A DNA stretch of 64,000 nt from Dictyostelium discoideum (taxonomy: Eukaryota): assembly GCA_000004695.1 (NCBI GenBank), contig CM000154.2, positions 288,001 through 352,000 on the forward strand, written 5' to 3'. The notes below the pieces were generated by a model. That model searched no databases. It had not been told where the DNA came from and saw only the letters and a program-made list of their open reading frames with translations. The position numbers and the translations under genes are program-made. This document shows positions 10,748 through 23,520 of the stretch, piece after piece. Position 1 is the stretch's first letter, and every line of letters starts with the position of its first letter.

Positions 10748-12499
10748 ATGCAATCACTTGCACGTTTATCTCGTACCTCTTTGGTTCAAAAGGGTCTTGT
10801 TCCACAAACCATTAAAAACTATTCATCAGTTTCACAGTATGTAATAATTTTTTAAAAATAAAATAAAATAAAAAAAAAAAAAAAAAAAAACTTAATTAAA
10901 AAATTTGATCATCAAATTATTTGATTAGTTTTTTTTTTTTTATTATTTTTATTTTTATGATATTTTCTTTTTTTTTTTTTTTTTTTTAAAAACTAAAAAA
11001 TAAAGAAAAAAAAAAAAAGAATATTTTTTACTAACTAAATATTATTATTATTATTATTTTTTTTATTTTATTAATATAGAGCTGAAATTGATAATGAACC
11101 AAGATTTTTAGAATGTTTCAAAACTTTCTTTGATAAAGCAGCTGGTTTAACCAATTTAAAACCAGGTGTTTTAAATAATATGAAAGAATGTAATGTTGCT
11201 CTCCGTGTTGAATTCCCAATCAAGAATGAACATGGTGATGTTGATATTATTGCAGGTTATCGTGCACAACATTCACACCATCGTTTACCATGCAAAGGTG
11301 GTATTCGTTTCAGTGAAGAAGTAGATCTCCAAGAAGTTATGGCCTTAGCTTCATTGATGACTTATAAATGTGCTGTCGTCGATGTTCCATTTGGTGGTGC
11401 TAAAGGTGGTGTCCGTATCGACCCAAAGAAATACACTGTCGCCCAACGTGAAAAGATCACTCGTGCCTACACTCTCCTCTTATGTCAAAAGAATTTCATC
11501 GGACCAGGTGTCGATGTACCAGCTCCAGATATGGGTACAGGTGAACAAGAAATGGCATGGATTCGTGATACCTATCAAGCTTTCAACACCAACGATGTTG
11601 ATTCAATGGCTTGTGTCACTGGTAAACCAATCTCATCAGGTGGTATTCGTGGTCGTACCGAAGCTACTGGTCTCGGTGTTTTCTATGGTATCCGTGAATT
11701 CCTTTCCTACGAAGAAGTCTTAAAGAAGACTGGTTTAACTCCAGGTATCAAAGGTAAATCCATTGTTATCCAAGGTTTTGGTAATGTAGGTTACTTTGCC
11801 GCCAAATTCTTTGAACAAGCTGGTGCTAAAGTTATTGCCGTCGCCGAACACAATGGTGCCGTCTACAACGCCGATGGTCTCAACATTGATGCCCTCAACA
11901 AATATAAACTCCAACACGGTACTTTCATTGATTTCCCAGGTGCCACCAACATTGTCGACTCTGTCAAAGCCTTAGAGATCCCATGTGATATCTTAATCCC
12001 AGCTGCCCTCGAAAAACAAATCCACATTGGTAACGTCGCCGATATTCAAGCTAAATTAATTGGTGAAGCTGCCAACGGTCCAATGACCCCACGTGCTGAC
12101 CAAATCCTCCTCAATAGAGGTCATGTCATCATTCCAGATCTCCTCTTAAATGCTGGTGGTGTCACTGTATCATACTTTGAATGGTTAAAGAATCTTTCTC
12201 ACGTTCGTTTCGGTCGTTTGAACAAGAAATGGGAAGAATCCTCAAAGAAATTATTATTAGAATTTGTTGAATCAACCGTCAACAAGAAATTATCAGAAGC
12301 TGAAAGAAGCTTAATCATCCATGGTGCTGATGAAATCGATATCGTTCGTTCAGGTCTCGAAGATACCATGCAAAATGCTTGTGCTGAAACCAGAAAGACT
12401 GCAAATGAAAAGAACACTGATTACCGTTCTGCCGCTTTATACAATGCTATCATGAAGATTAAAGCTGTCTATGAATCATCTGGTAATGTCTTCTCTTAA
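10748..12499 (+). CDS. glud1: Mitochondrial glutamate dehydrogenase (NAD(P)+), 502 aa; join(10748..10836, 11080..12499), intron 10837..11079
   Basis: Exon 1 (MQSLARLSRTSLVQKGLVPQTIKNYSSVSQ) looks like a mitochondrial presequence and ends at a GTATGT donor in phase 2. The acceptor ATATAG is followed by AEIDNEPRFLECFKTFFDKAAGL...MKECNV, which is in frame with ORF 11180..12499. The K/GGAKGG GDH motif and a Rossmann fold (GFGNVG) are present. Overall similarity to animal GDH is strong. Confidence 0.9.
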
Positions 12500-12792
12500 A
12501 TATTTTAAAAAAACCCTTTTAAGTTACGCAAAAAAAAAAAAAAAAAAAAATCCAATACAAGTTATATTAAAATAAAATGAAAATAATAGATTTAATATTG
12601 TAAAAAAAAAAAAAAAAAAATCATCAAAATCAAATAATTTTGTTTAATTTTAAATTTTCTTTTTATTATTCTTCCTTAATCTATTTTTAATTTTATTATT
12701 TTTATTTTTTTATTTTTTAATATCAGCTAATCATTTCTGATATTGATTAATTTAATTAAAAAAATTGTTTTTTTTTTATTTATTTCTTAAAA

Positions 12793-14173
12793 TTAAAAAG
12801 TAATTACAAAAACAAAAAATAAAATAATGAATAGATAACCAGTTATTGATTGAGTTATTTTAAATGATGAGTTACAAAATAAATTTCTTTCAAATGCAAA
12901 TTTCCCACAATCATCACTTTCTTTAATATTGTAATCATTAATATTTTCGCACATTATTTTTCTACAATTTTTTGAAAGACAGGATTGTGATGATAATTTA
13001 TTATCTACTAATGAGCACTTATTGTCGTATGCACAGATTTCCAATTCGTCCGAATATATCAATTTCATTGTTTTTAGTGGGGAAATTGATTGATAACATT
13101 CATTATCTGAACAACTACATCTTTCAAAGTCTAAACACTCGTTAAATGTGGCATTTGGATTACATGATCTTAGGCTTGGTTCTACGTATTCAATACAAAT
13201 ATCTTTTGAGCACTAAAATAATTATAATAATAATAATAATAATAATGATAATAATAGTAATAATAAAAAGTTAAATATATTTTCATAATAATATTTTTAC
13301 TTTTTTTACAGACTACCTACATATAGTCCTTTATTGTAATCACAAAAATTGTAAGTAGCAGAACAATCAGCACCTAATCCAAGAGGTTGTTTTTTAGTAC
13401 AAACACTATTGTTACAATCCAATCTACCTAAACAATCGTCTGGAGAAGTGCACGATTCACCCTCTAATTTTATATTTTCACAAGAACAGTTTGAATTTGT
13501 TGAACATAAACAAAATTCATTATATTTGCAATTTGCATTTATTTTATTCCATCCATCACAGTTTTCAGAAGGTTTCAATGTGCATACATCATTAATACAA
13601 GCAAGTTTATTAGTTGAACAATCAGAATCTAATTTACAATCTTCACCTAATGTTGCAAACCCATAGTCTAAACATCTGTAAACATTTTCTTTATCCAAAA
13701 GACATAAAGTACCTAAAAAAATTGGTTATATTAATTTAATTACCCTTTTTGAATCCATTTTAGGTAATTATTATTTGAAAAAACAATAACTTACCAGCAA
13801 TACATAATTTTTCACCAACTTTACATTCATCACCCTGTCTCAAGTATTTATTGCATTTCCCAGTTTGATTTGATGTGAGAGAAGAGTTATAAAGGCAAGT
13901 TGTATCATAGCTACATTTTCCTTTATTAGTTCCACACTTATATTTTAACAGTTATTATTATTATTATTATTTTTTATACAAAAATAAAATATTTAATATC
14001 TTTTTTTTCTATTTATTTTATTTATTCAATTATTTTATTTGTTTATTTTATTTTATTTTAAAATTATTTGATCCACTTACAATATCATTTTCTTTTAAAC
14101 AATTTGGACAACTACTATCTACAACACTGTAAAATAATACTAAAAAAAATAGCAGAACCAAGTTTATTTTCAT
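12793..14173 (-). CDS. Cysteine-rich secreted, predicted GPI-anchored protein (tandem array unit 1), 348 aa; join(14173..14081, 13936..13795, 13712..13321, 13212..12793)
   Basis: Exon 1 (MKINLVLLFFLVLFYSVVDSSCPNCLKENDI) is a signal peptide and ends at GTAAGT. Exon 2 (CGTNKGKCSYDTTCLYNSS...GEKLCIA) ends with donor GTAAGT in phase 1. Exon 3 is the ORF 13306..13698, ends ...DYNKGLY and is followed by GTAGGT. Exon 4 (CSKDICIEYVEPSLRSCNPN... through ORF 12793..13068) ends NSSFKITQSITGYLFIILFFVFVITF, which is an omega-site plus hydrophobic tail like a GPI-anchor signal. All splice phases are consistent. Confidence 0.75.
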
Positions 14174-14520
14174 TTTTTATGTTTTCTTTTTTTTTTTAAA
14201 AAAAAAAAAAAAAATATTGATCTATTTTTAAAATTTTTTTTTTTAACCACCTTTCCTCTTTTTTCAAAGAAACAACATATCTTACTTTTTCAAATTTTTT
14301 AAACGCCCCATAAAAATAAAAACAAAAAAAAATAATTTTATTGGTAGATATTTTTAATTATTTGAAAAAGGTTTTTAAGAAATCAAAAAAAAAAAAAAAA
14401 AAAAAATAAAAAAAAAAAAAAAAAAAAAATAAAATAAAATACAAAATATTATTATTTTAATTTATTCATTTTAATTTTTTTTACTAGTAATAAAAGTAAT
14501 CACAAAAACAAAAAATAAAA

Positions 14521-14917
14521 TAAAGAATAAAGAAGTTATTGGCTGGGTGAGTTTAAATGAAGAATTACAATATAAATTTCTATAAAATACATCCTTTCCA
14601 CAATCATCACTTTCTTGAATACCTTAACTATAAACTAACGTACTACACACTGTTCTTCTGCAATTTCTAACAACACAGGAATTTACACCTAAATTGTAAC
14701 CATCCAATGAGCACTTATTATCAAATGTACACTTATCCAAATCGTCAGAATAATAATATTTTCCCATTTTTGGTGGGGATAGTTCATAGAACATTTTCCA
14801 TTTGAAAAATTACAAGTTTGAAGGGATGGGCATTGATCAAAAGTAGAATTAGGATTACATGATTTTGTTCTTGGTCTACATATTCAATACAAATATCATC
14901 TGAGCACTAAAATAATA

Positions 14918-14962
<45 letters not shown>

Positions 14963-15962
14963 AGGTTAATAATATTTTAATTAAAAAAAGTGTCTTATTT
15001 TTGGTGACTCGAAAAATTAAAAAAAACAAAAAAAAGAAAAAATTTAGATATTTATTTTCTTAAAATAAATTATTCTTCAGAATGCGAGTGGTGTGCAGGC
15101 AACGTGGTTTTTTTTCCAATTATTTGATTAGTTTTTATTTTTTACCTTTTTTTTTTATTTATAACACTCGTTCTGATTTTATTATTATTAAAAAAAAAAA
15201 AATATAAAAGTTAATAATATTTTAATTTTTTTAATTTTATTATTATTACTTACATATAATCCTTTATTGTAATCACAATTATTAATAGAGCAATCAGCAC
15301 CTAATCCAACTAGTTTTGGTTTAAAGCAAAAACCATTTTTACATGACATTTGACCAAAACACTGGCCTAAGGAAGTGCACGATTCATCCTTAAATTTTAT
15401 TTTTTTACAAGAATCATCTACACGATATTCATCATAATTGCAATTGGAATTCCGTCCATCATAATTTTCAGAAGGTTTCAATCTACATACCTTTTTAATA
15501 CAATCAGGTTGATTAGTTGCACAATCTGTATCTAATTCGCAATATTACCCTAAAGTTGCGAATTTATAGTATAAACATCTGTAAACATCATTTCTATACA
15601 AAAGACATGAAGTGCCTGACAAAAATTGATATTTTATTAATATAATTATATGTATATATTTAATAATATTACTATTCTATATTTCTTTAATTTAACTTAA
15701 AAATGTTTATATTTAAAACTTACCTTCTACACATAAATCATCTAAATTACCAAATCCACATTCATAACATGTTTCAAGTATTTTCTACATTTCCTAATTT
15801 GATTTGATGGTAAAGAAGAGTTTATTAATTTTTTATTTTTTATTTTTTTAATAAATCTTGTTTTATTTTTATGATTTACATACAATATCATTTTCTTTCA
15901 AATTGGACAACTACTATTTACAACACTGTAAAAAAATAATATAAAAATAAATACCGGAATTA
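14521..15962 (-). pseudogene. Decayed copy (unit 2) of the cysteine-rich tandem-array gene
   Basis: It is homologous exon-by-exon to units 1, 3, 4 and 5, but carries several disruptions. The exon 1 homolog reads ATG AAA TGA and has lost the CPICLEEN segment. The exon 2 5-prime half is deleted. Exon 3 has an in-frame TAA (ATLG* instead of ATLGEYCELD). The last exon has at least two frameshifts and an in-frame TAA (VCSTLVYS*). Confidence 0.7.
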
Positions 15963-16507
15963 AGTTTCATTTCATTTTAGGTTTTGAATAATAAAAAAAA
16001 AAAAAAAAAAATTCTTTTTTTTATACAAAACTTTCTTACTCTTTAAAATTTTTAAGCCATCGCTAAATTAATAAAAAATATAAAAATAGATAGCAATAAT
16101 AGTTTTTCTTACTTAAACTTTATTTTTTAGGAATATTATATCTTTTTTTTTTTTTAAAAATACAATCATTCACCTTTAAAAAAAAATAACTTATTCCCTA
16201 GAAAGCAAGAATAATATTATTCAATTTTTATATCAAAATTTTAAAAAACACAAACATTTACTTTCAAAAAAAGGGTTTGAATTTATTTTTTGATAAAGTA
16301 GTTAAAAAAAAAAAAAATTTAAACATTTTTCAATTAACTATTAATTACAACACAAAAAAAATAATTGCAAGCTAAAATTAGATTTTTTTTTTTTTAAATC
16401 TTATTTTTTATATTTTATTTTTTTCTGATTTTTAAAGGCCCCTTAAAAATTGAAAAAAAAAAAAATTGGTAGGTTTTTATAATTATTTTAAAGGGGTTTT
16501 AAGAATT

Positions 16508-16553
<46 letters not shown>

Positions 16554-16646
16554 AAAAAAGTTTTAGTCAATTTATTACTAGGAAAAATATTTATTTGTTT
16601 ATTTTATATATTGTTTGTTATTTTATTACTGGAAATAAAATTAAAT

Positions 16647-17960
16647 TTAAAAAGTAATAACAAAAACAAAAAATAATACTACAAATAAAGAGGTTATTGA
16701 TTGAGTGAGTTTAAATGAAGAATTACAGTATGAATCTCTAAAAAATGCATTCTTTCCACAATCATCACTTTCTTTAATATTATAACCACCTACTAAACCA
16801 CTACATATTTGTTTTTTACAATGTTTTGAAATACAGGATTTTGAGTTATATCTATAACCATCACCCATTGAGCACTTATTATCAAATGCACACTTATCCA
16901 AATCGTCTGAATAATAATATTTATCCATTTCTGGTGGAGTTGGATAAATTGTATAACATTCTTCATCTGAACAACTACATATTAGATCGGATGGACATTG
17001 GTTAGATGTAGCATTAGGATTACATGATTTTGTGCTTGGTTCAACGTATTCAATACAAATATCATATGAGCACTAAAATAATGATAATAAAAGAATTAAA
17101 TTAAAAAAAAAACAAGTTAATAATATTTTAAATTGTTTAATTTTAATTTTATTATTACTACTTACATATAATTCTTTATTGTAATCACAATTATTAATAG
17201 AGCAATCAGCACCTAATCCAACTAGTTTTGATTTAAAACAAACATTATTTTTACATGACATTTTACCAAAGCATTGGCTTGAGGAAGTGCACGATTCACC
17301 CTCAAATTTTATTTTTTTACAAGAATCATCTATACAATATTCATCATAATTACAATTTGAATCCGATCCATCACAATTTTTAGAAAGTTTCAATCTACAT
17401 TCCTTATTAGCACAAGAAAGTTGATCAGTTGCACAATCCGTATCTAATTCACAATACTCACCTAAAGTCGCGAAACTATGGTACAAACATCTTTTAACAT
17501 TATTTTTATCCAAAAGACATGAAGTGCCTGACAAAAATTGATATTAAATTAATATATAATAATATATTGCTATTATATTACAATATATTATTTTAATATA
17601 ATTTTTAAAAATTATAAAACGATAACTTACCACCAACACATAAATCTTTAAAATTACTAATTCCACATTCATCACCCTCTCCCAAGAATTTGGTACATTT
17701 TCTAATTTGACTTGATGGTAGAGAAGAGTTTTTAAAGCAAGTTGTACCATAGCTACAAGTTCCTATAGTCCCACACTTTTTTTTTTAATCAATTAAAATT
17801 ATTATTAATTATTTTTTTTTTTTTTTAATTAATTTTATTTTAATATTTTTAAAGATTTACATACAATATCATTTTCTTCCAAACAAATTGGACAACTACT
17901 ATTTACAACACTGTAAAAAAATAATATAAAAATAAATAATGGAAGTAAGTTTTTTTTCAT
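16647..17960 (-). CDS. Cysteine-rich secreted, predicted GPI-anchored protein (array unit 3), 342 aa; join(17960..17865, 17775..17631, 17527..17166, 17072..16647)
   Basis: It has a signal-peptide exon (MKKNLLPLFIFILFFYSVVNSSCPICLEENDI), GTATGT and GTAAGT donors and AG acceptors. ORFs 17073..17534 and 16647..16928 are exons 3 and 4. The C-terminal tail is SSFKLTQSITSLFVVLFFVFVITF. Confidence 0.75.
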
Positions 17961-18317
17961 TTTTAGTTTTTGAATAATAAAAAAAAAAAAAAAAAAAATT
18001 CTTTTATTTATACAAAAATTCAAAGGCATTACTCTTAAAAATTTTTAATCAATCCTCTAATTTTTCAAATTTAAACTTTGCTTTCTTGGAAAATTTATAA
18101 TAATATCTTTTTTTCTCTTAAAAAAAAAAAAAATAACAAAAAAAGTGCTTGTCCTTTGTTCCAGGGAAAAATATCTTTTTTAAAAAAAATAAAAAATAAA
18201 TTTTTTTTTTTTTAGGGTTTGTTTATTTGAAAAAAGTTTTAAAAAAAAAAAAAAAATAAACTTTTTTTTCACACCAATCATTTTTTAACTAATAATTGTA
18301 ATTACCCATTTTTTTAT

Positions 18318-18348
<31 letters not shown>

Positions 18349-18748
18349 ACCCAAAAAAGAGTTGTTTTATTTACAAAGAGTAGTTTTATCAGTTCTGCTA
18401 CAATAAATTTTAATCACATTTTTTCTTGGTAAATTTTAAAAAAAAACAAAAAATAAAAAATAAAAAAAAAAAAACAATCAATTTTTAATTTAATTATTTA
18501 TATTTTATTTACTTATTTTTTTTATTGAAATTATATTTTATGTTTAAAATATATATCAACCATTAATGGGTAACAGAAAGAATTTCAATTTTTTTTAAAA
18601 AAAAATTACATTATGATCATTTATAAAAAACCATTTTAATATAATTATGATCATAAAAAACCATTTTAATATAATTAATTAAAATAAAAAATAAAAAATG
18701 ATTATTTAAATTTATTTTATTTTAATATTTTTATTACCAGAAATAAAA

Positions 18749-19902
18749 TTAAAAAGTAATTACAAAACCAAAAAATAAAATAATGAATAAAGAAGTTATT
18801 GATTGAGCGAGTTTAATTGAAGAATTACAGTATCTATCTCTAAAAAATGCATTCTTTCCACAATCGTCACTTTCTTTAGCACCAAAGGTATCTGAAAAAC
18901 CACATATTATTTCTTTACAATTTTTTGAAACACAGGATTTTGTATTATAAAAAAGTGATTCATCCAATGAGCATTTATTATCAAATGCACACTTATACAA
19001 ATCGTCTGAAGCTTTAAATCTTTCCATTGGGGTTGGTAAATATCTATAACATTTTTCATCTGAACAACTACATTTTTGAAGTTCTGAGCATTGACTATAA
19101 GTAGCATTAGGATTACATGATTTCTTTATTGGTTCAAAATATTCAATGCATATATCATCTGAGCACTTAATAATAATAATAATAATAATATTAAAAAAAA
19201 AAAAAAAAAAGTTAATAATATTTTAATTTATTTAATTTTATTTATTAACTACTTACATATAAATCTCTATTGTAATTACACACATCATATTTGCAATTAG
19301 CACCTAATCCAAGGAGTTGATTAGAGCAAACATTATTTTTACAAGACATTGGACCTAAACACTGGCTATTATAAATGCACGATTCACCCTCCAATTTTAT
19401 TTTTGCACAAGAATTTCCTAAACAATATTCATCATAATTACAATTGGAATTCAAACCATTACAATTTGCAGAAGGTTTCAATCTACATTCATTGTTATTA
19501 CAAACAAGTTCATCAGTTGCACAATCAGTATTTAATTCACAATATTCAGTTAAAGTTGCGAATTTATTTGAAAAACATCTGTAAATTTTATTTTTATCCA
19601 TAAGACATAAAGTACCTGACAAAAATTGATATTTTTTATTAATATATATGTATTAAAATTCTATATATTTTTTTAATATAATTTTTAAAAATTATAAAAC
19701 TATAACTTACCCTCAATACATAAATCTCTTAAATTACCAGCTCCACATTCATCACCCTCTCTCAAGTATTTGGTACATTTTAAATTTTGATTCGATGGTT
19801 CATAAGTATTATTAAAGCAAGTTGTATCATAGCTACACATTTCATGATTGTTAATTCCACACTTTATTTTTTATAATCAATTAATATAATTTCAATATTA
19901 AA

Positions 19903-19933
<31 letters not shown>

Positions 19934-20057
19934 ATTATTATTTTATTATTTTAAATTATTTACATACAATATCATTTTCTTTCAAACAAATTTGACAACT
20001 ATTTACAACACTAAATAAAAATATAAAAATAAATAATGGAATTAAGTTTCTTTTCAT
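18749..20057 (-). CDS. Cysteine-rich secreted, predicted GPI-anchored protein (array unit 4), 338 aa; join(20057..19968, 19861..19711, 19615..19257, 19165..18749)
   Basis: Exon 1 reads MKRNLIPLFIFIFLFSVVNSCQICLKENDI and ends at GTATGT. Exon 2 (CGINNHEMCSYDTTCFNN...LCIE) is in phase 1. Exon 3 is ORF 19245..19622 and exon 4 is ORF 18749..19027. All reading frames are intact. Confidence 0.75.
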
Positions 20058-20655
20058 TTTTAGTTTTTGGATAATAAAAAAAAAAATTTATAAAAAAAAT
20101 TATTTACTTTTTTTCCTCTCCCAGTTTTTCTTTTGGGAAAAAAAAAAAAAAAAAAATAGAAAAAAAAAAATTACTTATTCTTCTTTATTTTCTAGGGAAA
20201 AATATCTTTATAAAAAATAAAATTAAAAAATTAAAAAAAAAGAAAAAAAAAAAAGAAAAAAAAAAAGAAAAAAAAAAATTACTTATTCTTTATTTTATAG
20301 GAAAAATATATTTTTAAAAAATAAAATAAAAAAATAAAAAAATTAAAAATAAAAAAAAAAAAAAAAAAATTTTAGGAGTAAGAATTCTTTGATTACTGAA
20401 AAAAAAAAATCTACAGGTTGGTCATTTCTTTTAGAATAATTTTAAAATCATATTTTCTTGATAAATAAATAAAAAAATAAAAAAAAAAAAAAAAACTAAA
20501 ATAAAATAAAATAATTTTAAAAACACACAACCAATACATATGAAATTTATATTAAAAATGGTACACACATCTAACAATTGTAACTAAGTGATATTTATTT
20601 TAAAAAATTAATAATAAAAAATAATTGAATTCAAAAGATATTGTTTTAATAGTTT

Positions 20656-21111
20656 TTAAAAAATAATTTGAAAAACAATAAATAAAACAATAAGTAAATA
20701 GGTTAATGACTGAGAGATTTTAGATGAAGAGTTACTACTGCAAAATAATAAATCTGCTCTAAGTTCTTCCTTTCCACAATCATCTTCTTCTTTAACCTTG
20801 TAATCACCAACATAACGTTGACAAATTTCTTTTCTACAATGTTTTGAAAGACAGGACTCTGATGAATATAAATTAACATTAAGTGAGCACTTGTTATCAT
20901 ATGCGCACTTTTCCAATTGGGATGATGCAATCATTTTGAGACTTTCTGGTGGATATATACCAGACTGATAACATTCATGATCTGAACAACTACAAGTTTG
21001 ATATGCTGAGCATTCGCTAACTGTAGCATTTGGACTACATGATTTTGGACTTGGTTGTACAAATTCTTGACAAATATTATCTGAACACTATAATAATAAT
21101 AATAATAAAAT

Positions 21112-21181
<70 letters not shown>

Positions 21182-21654
21182 CAGTTTAAAAAACTTACAT
21201 ATAATCCTTTATTGTAATCACAAAAACCATTATAATAACAATAATCATTATTGTTGTCACAATTATAAGTACCCAAACAACTACCACCTAATTCAATGAG
21301 TTGTGGATTGCCACAAACTCCGCTATTACATGTCAATCCACCTAAACAATCTCGTGAATAATTGCATGGTGAACCTTGTGTATTAATTTTTTGACATACA
21401 CAATTTGAACTTGCTGTACAATAACAATATTCATCATAATTGCAACTTTCATCAATATCATGACAGTGTGTATATTTAGTAGGGTCATGTGAACATACAT
21501 TATTAATACAATCAAGTTGATCAACACAATCAGATTGTAATTGACACTGTTCACCAAGAGATCTAAAACCGTAATCCAAACATCTATAAACATTACTTTT
21601 ATCCAAAATACAACTAGTACCTGTTAAGAGGAAATTTGATTTATATTTAAATTA

Positions 21655-21689
<35 letters not shown>

Positions 21690-21876
21690 TTGTGACATAC
21701 CAAGAATACATAAATAAACACCTGGATCACATTTATCACCACTTTTCAAGTATTTGGTACATCTTGGGGAAGAAGAGTTATTGCTCAAGCATTTTGTATC
21801 ATCACTACATGTTCCTCCTGAGTCACACTATTTCATTTTTATTTTTATTTTTATTTTTTATATTAATAATATTAAT

Positions 21877-21924
<48 letters not shown>

Positions 21925-22036
21925 CAATTTATTTACATACAATGTCATTTTCTTTCAAACAATTTGGACAACTACTATTTACAACATTGTAAAATAAAAT
22001 TAATAGAATAATAAATAAAATTGAGTTAATTTTCAT
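20656..22036 (-). CDS. Cysteine-rich secreted, predicted GPI-anchored protein (array unit 5), 358 aa; join(22036..21941, 21827..21701, 21620..21199, 21087..20656)
   Basis: Exon 1 reads MKINSILFIILLILFYNVVNSSCPNCLKENDI and ends at GTATGT. Exon 2 (CDSGGTCSDDTKCLSNNSSSPRCTKYLKSGDKCDPGVYLCIL) is in phase 1. Exon 3 is ORF 21181..21606 and exon 4 is ORF 20656..20934. This is the most divergent intact member. Confidence 0.75.
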
Positions 22037-22647
22037 TTAAGTTTTTTTTTTTTTTTTTATAACTTTATGATAATAAAAATAAAATAATATTGGAGATAAT
22101 AAAGAATATCGATAAAAAAAAAAATTAAAAAAAAAAAAAAAAGAAAAAAAAAAAGAAAAAAAAAAAAAATTAAAAACCAAAAAAACCAATTTTTATACCC
22201 CCTTAACACATCAATTAATAATTATATTTTTCAATATTATTTGAAAAGCCACGTGTTTTAATATCGTCTTCATTTCCTAAAAAAACAATATCTTTTTTTT
22301 TTTTTTTTTTAATTCAACCAAACAATTTTCAATTTACAATTTCTTTCAAACAAAAAAAAAAAAAAAAAAAAGCTATTACCAAAAGAAATTAATGAAAATC
22401 AAAACTAAAATTAAATTAGATTTTTTTTTTTTAAATTTTTTTTTGTTAATTTTAATTTTGATTTTCATGTATTTTTTTTAAAAAATATCTTATTTTTTTT
22501 TTTTCGCACTAAATATCAAATTATTAATAAAAAAAAAAAAAAAACAAATTTGGCCCGAACTATGAAGTAAATTGTTATTTAATTTTTAAATAATCAAATA
22601 ATTGTTTAAAATAAGTTTAAATTGTTTTTGTTATATAAATTATTTTT

Positions 22648-22707
<60 letters not shown>

Positions 22708-22850
22708 GTATTTTAACACCAGTTATACATAGTGTATTTTAGTTGTCCCATGCCAAAATTTAGTGTGAAAACTCACTGCCTTTTAGATAGAAAAATTTTC
22801 AAAAAAAAATACAAAAATAAGAGATAAAATAATGAATATACACACCAGGT

Positions 22851-23520
22851 ATCAAATCATTTGAATAATATTTAGCATTTTCTATTGGATTTGATCGTGC
22901 ATTATAACATTTGCTATCAGAACAGCCACAAGTTAGATAGCCGGGACATGTATTATTTGTATCATTTGGATTGCATGAACTTAAGCTTGGTTCGACATAT
23001 TCTATGCAAATATCATTTGAGCACTAAATAATAATAATAATTATATTAATATTAATAATAATAATAATAATAATAAATGTTAATTATTATTGTACCATTT
23101 TATTTGAATTAAACTCCATTTCAAAACATACATTAATCCTTTATTATAATCACAAACACCGTTTCCTGAACAATCTCCACCTACTTCAAAGAGTGACCTT
23201 TGAACACAACTATTTCTTTTCCCACATATCAAACTACCTAAGCAATTATTTGTTTTAGTACAATTTTCACCCTACAACTTGATTAATTTGCAAGAACTAC
23301 TGTAACCTACATTAGGGGTATATCCAGTTGTTTCACAATACTCGTTATAATTGCAATTGGCGTCATTACTGGCACAATCTTTTGAATACAATTTACATTT
23401 TAAACAAACAAATTCATCAGTAGCACAATTTAAATTTAATTCACAGTTTTCACCAAGAGTTGAAAACTCAAAATCCAAACATTGGTAAACTTTTTTTTTT
23501 ATCCAAAAGACATTTCATTT
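22851..23520 (-). pseudogene. 3-prime remnant (unit 6) of the cysteine-rich tandem-array gene
   Basis: Only the exon 3-like and exon 4-like regions remain (ORF 23272..23478, and CSNDICIEYVEPSLSSCNPN... near 22900-23030). Exon 3 has an in-frame TAG (IKL* where paralogs read IKLEGESC) and an A10 run that shifts the frame. Exon 4 is truncated after KYYSNDL and lacks the hydrophobic tail. No exon 1 or exon 2 homologs are found upstream. Confidence 0.65.

Noticed and set aside
11370-12417. ORFs 11370..11723 (+), 11735..11917 (-) and 12199..12417 (-)
   Set aside because: They are alternative-frame or antisense ORFs lying entirely inside the glutamate dehydrogenase coding exon. GDH homology is unambiguous in the annotated frame.
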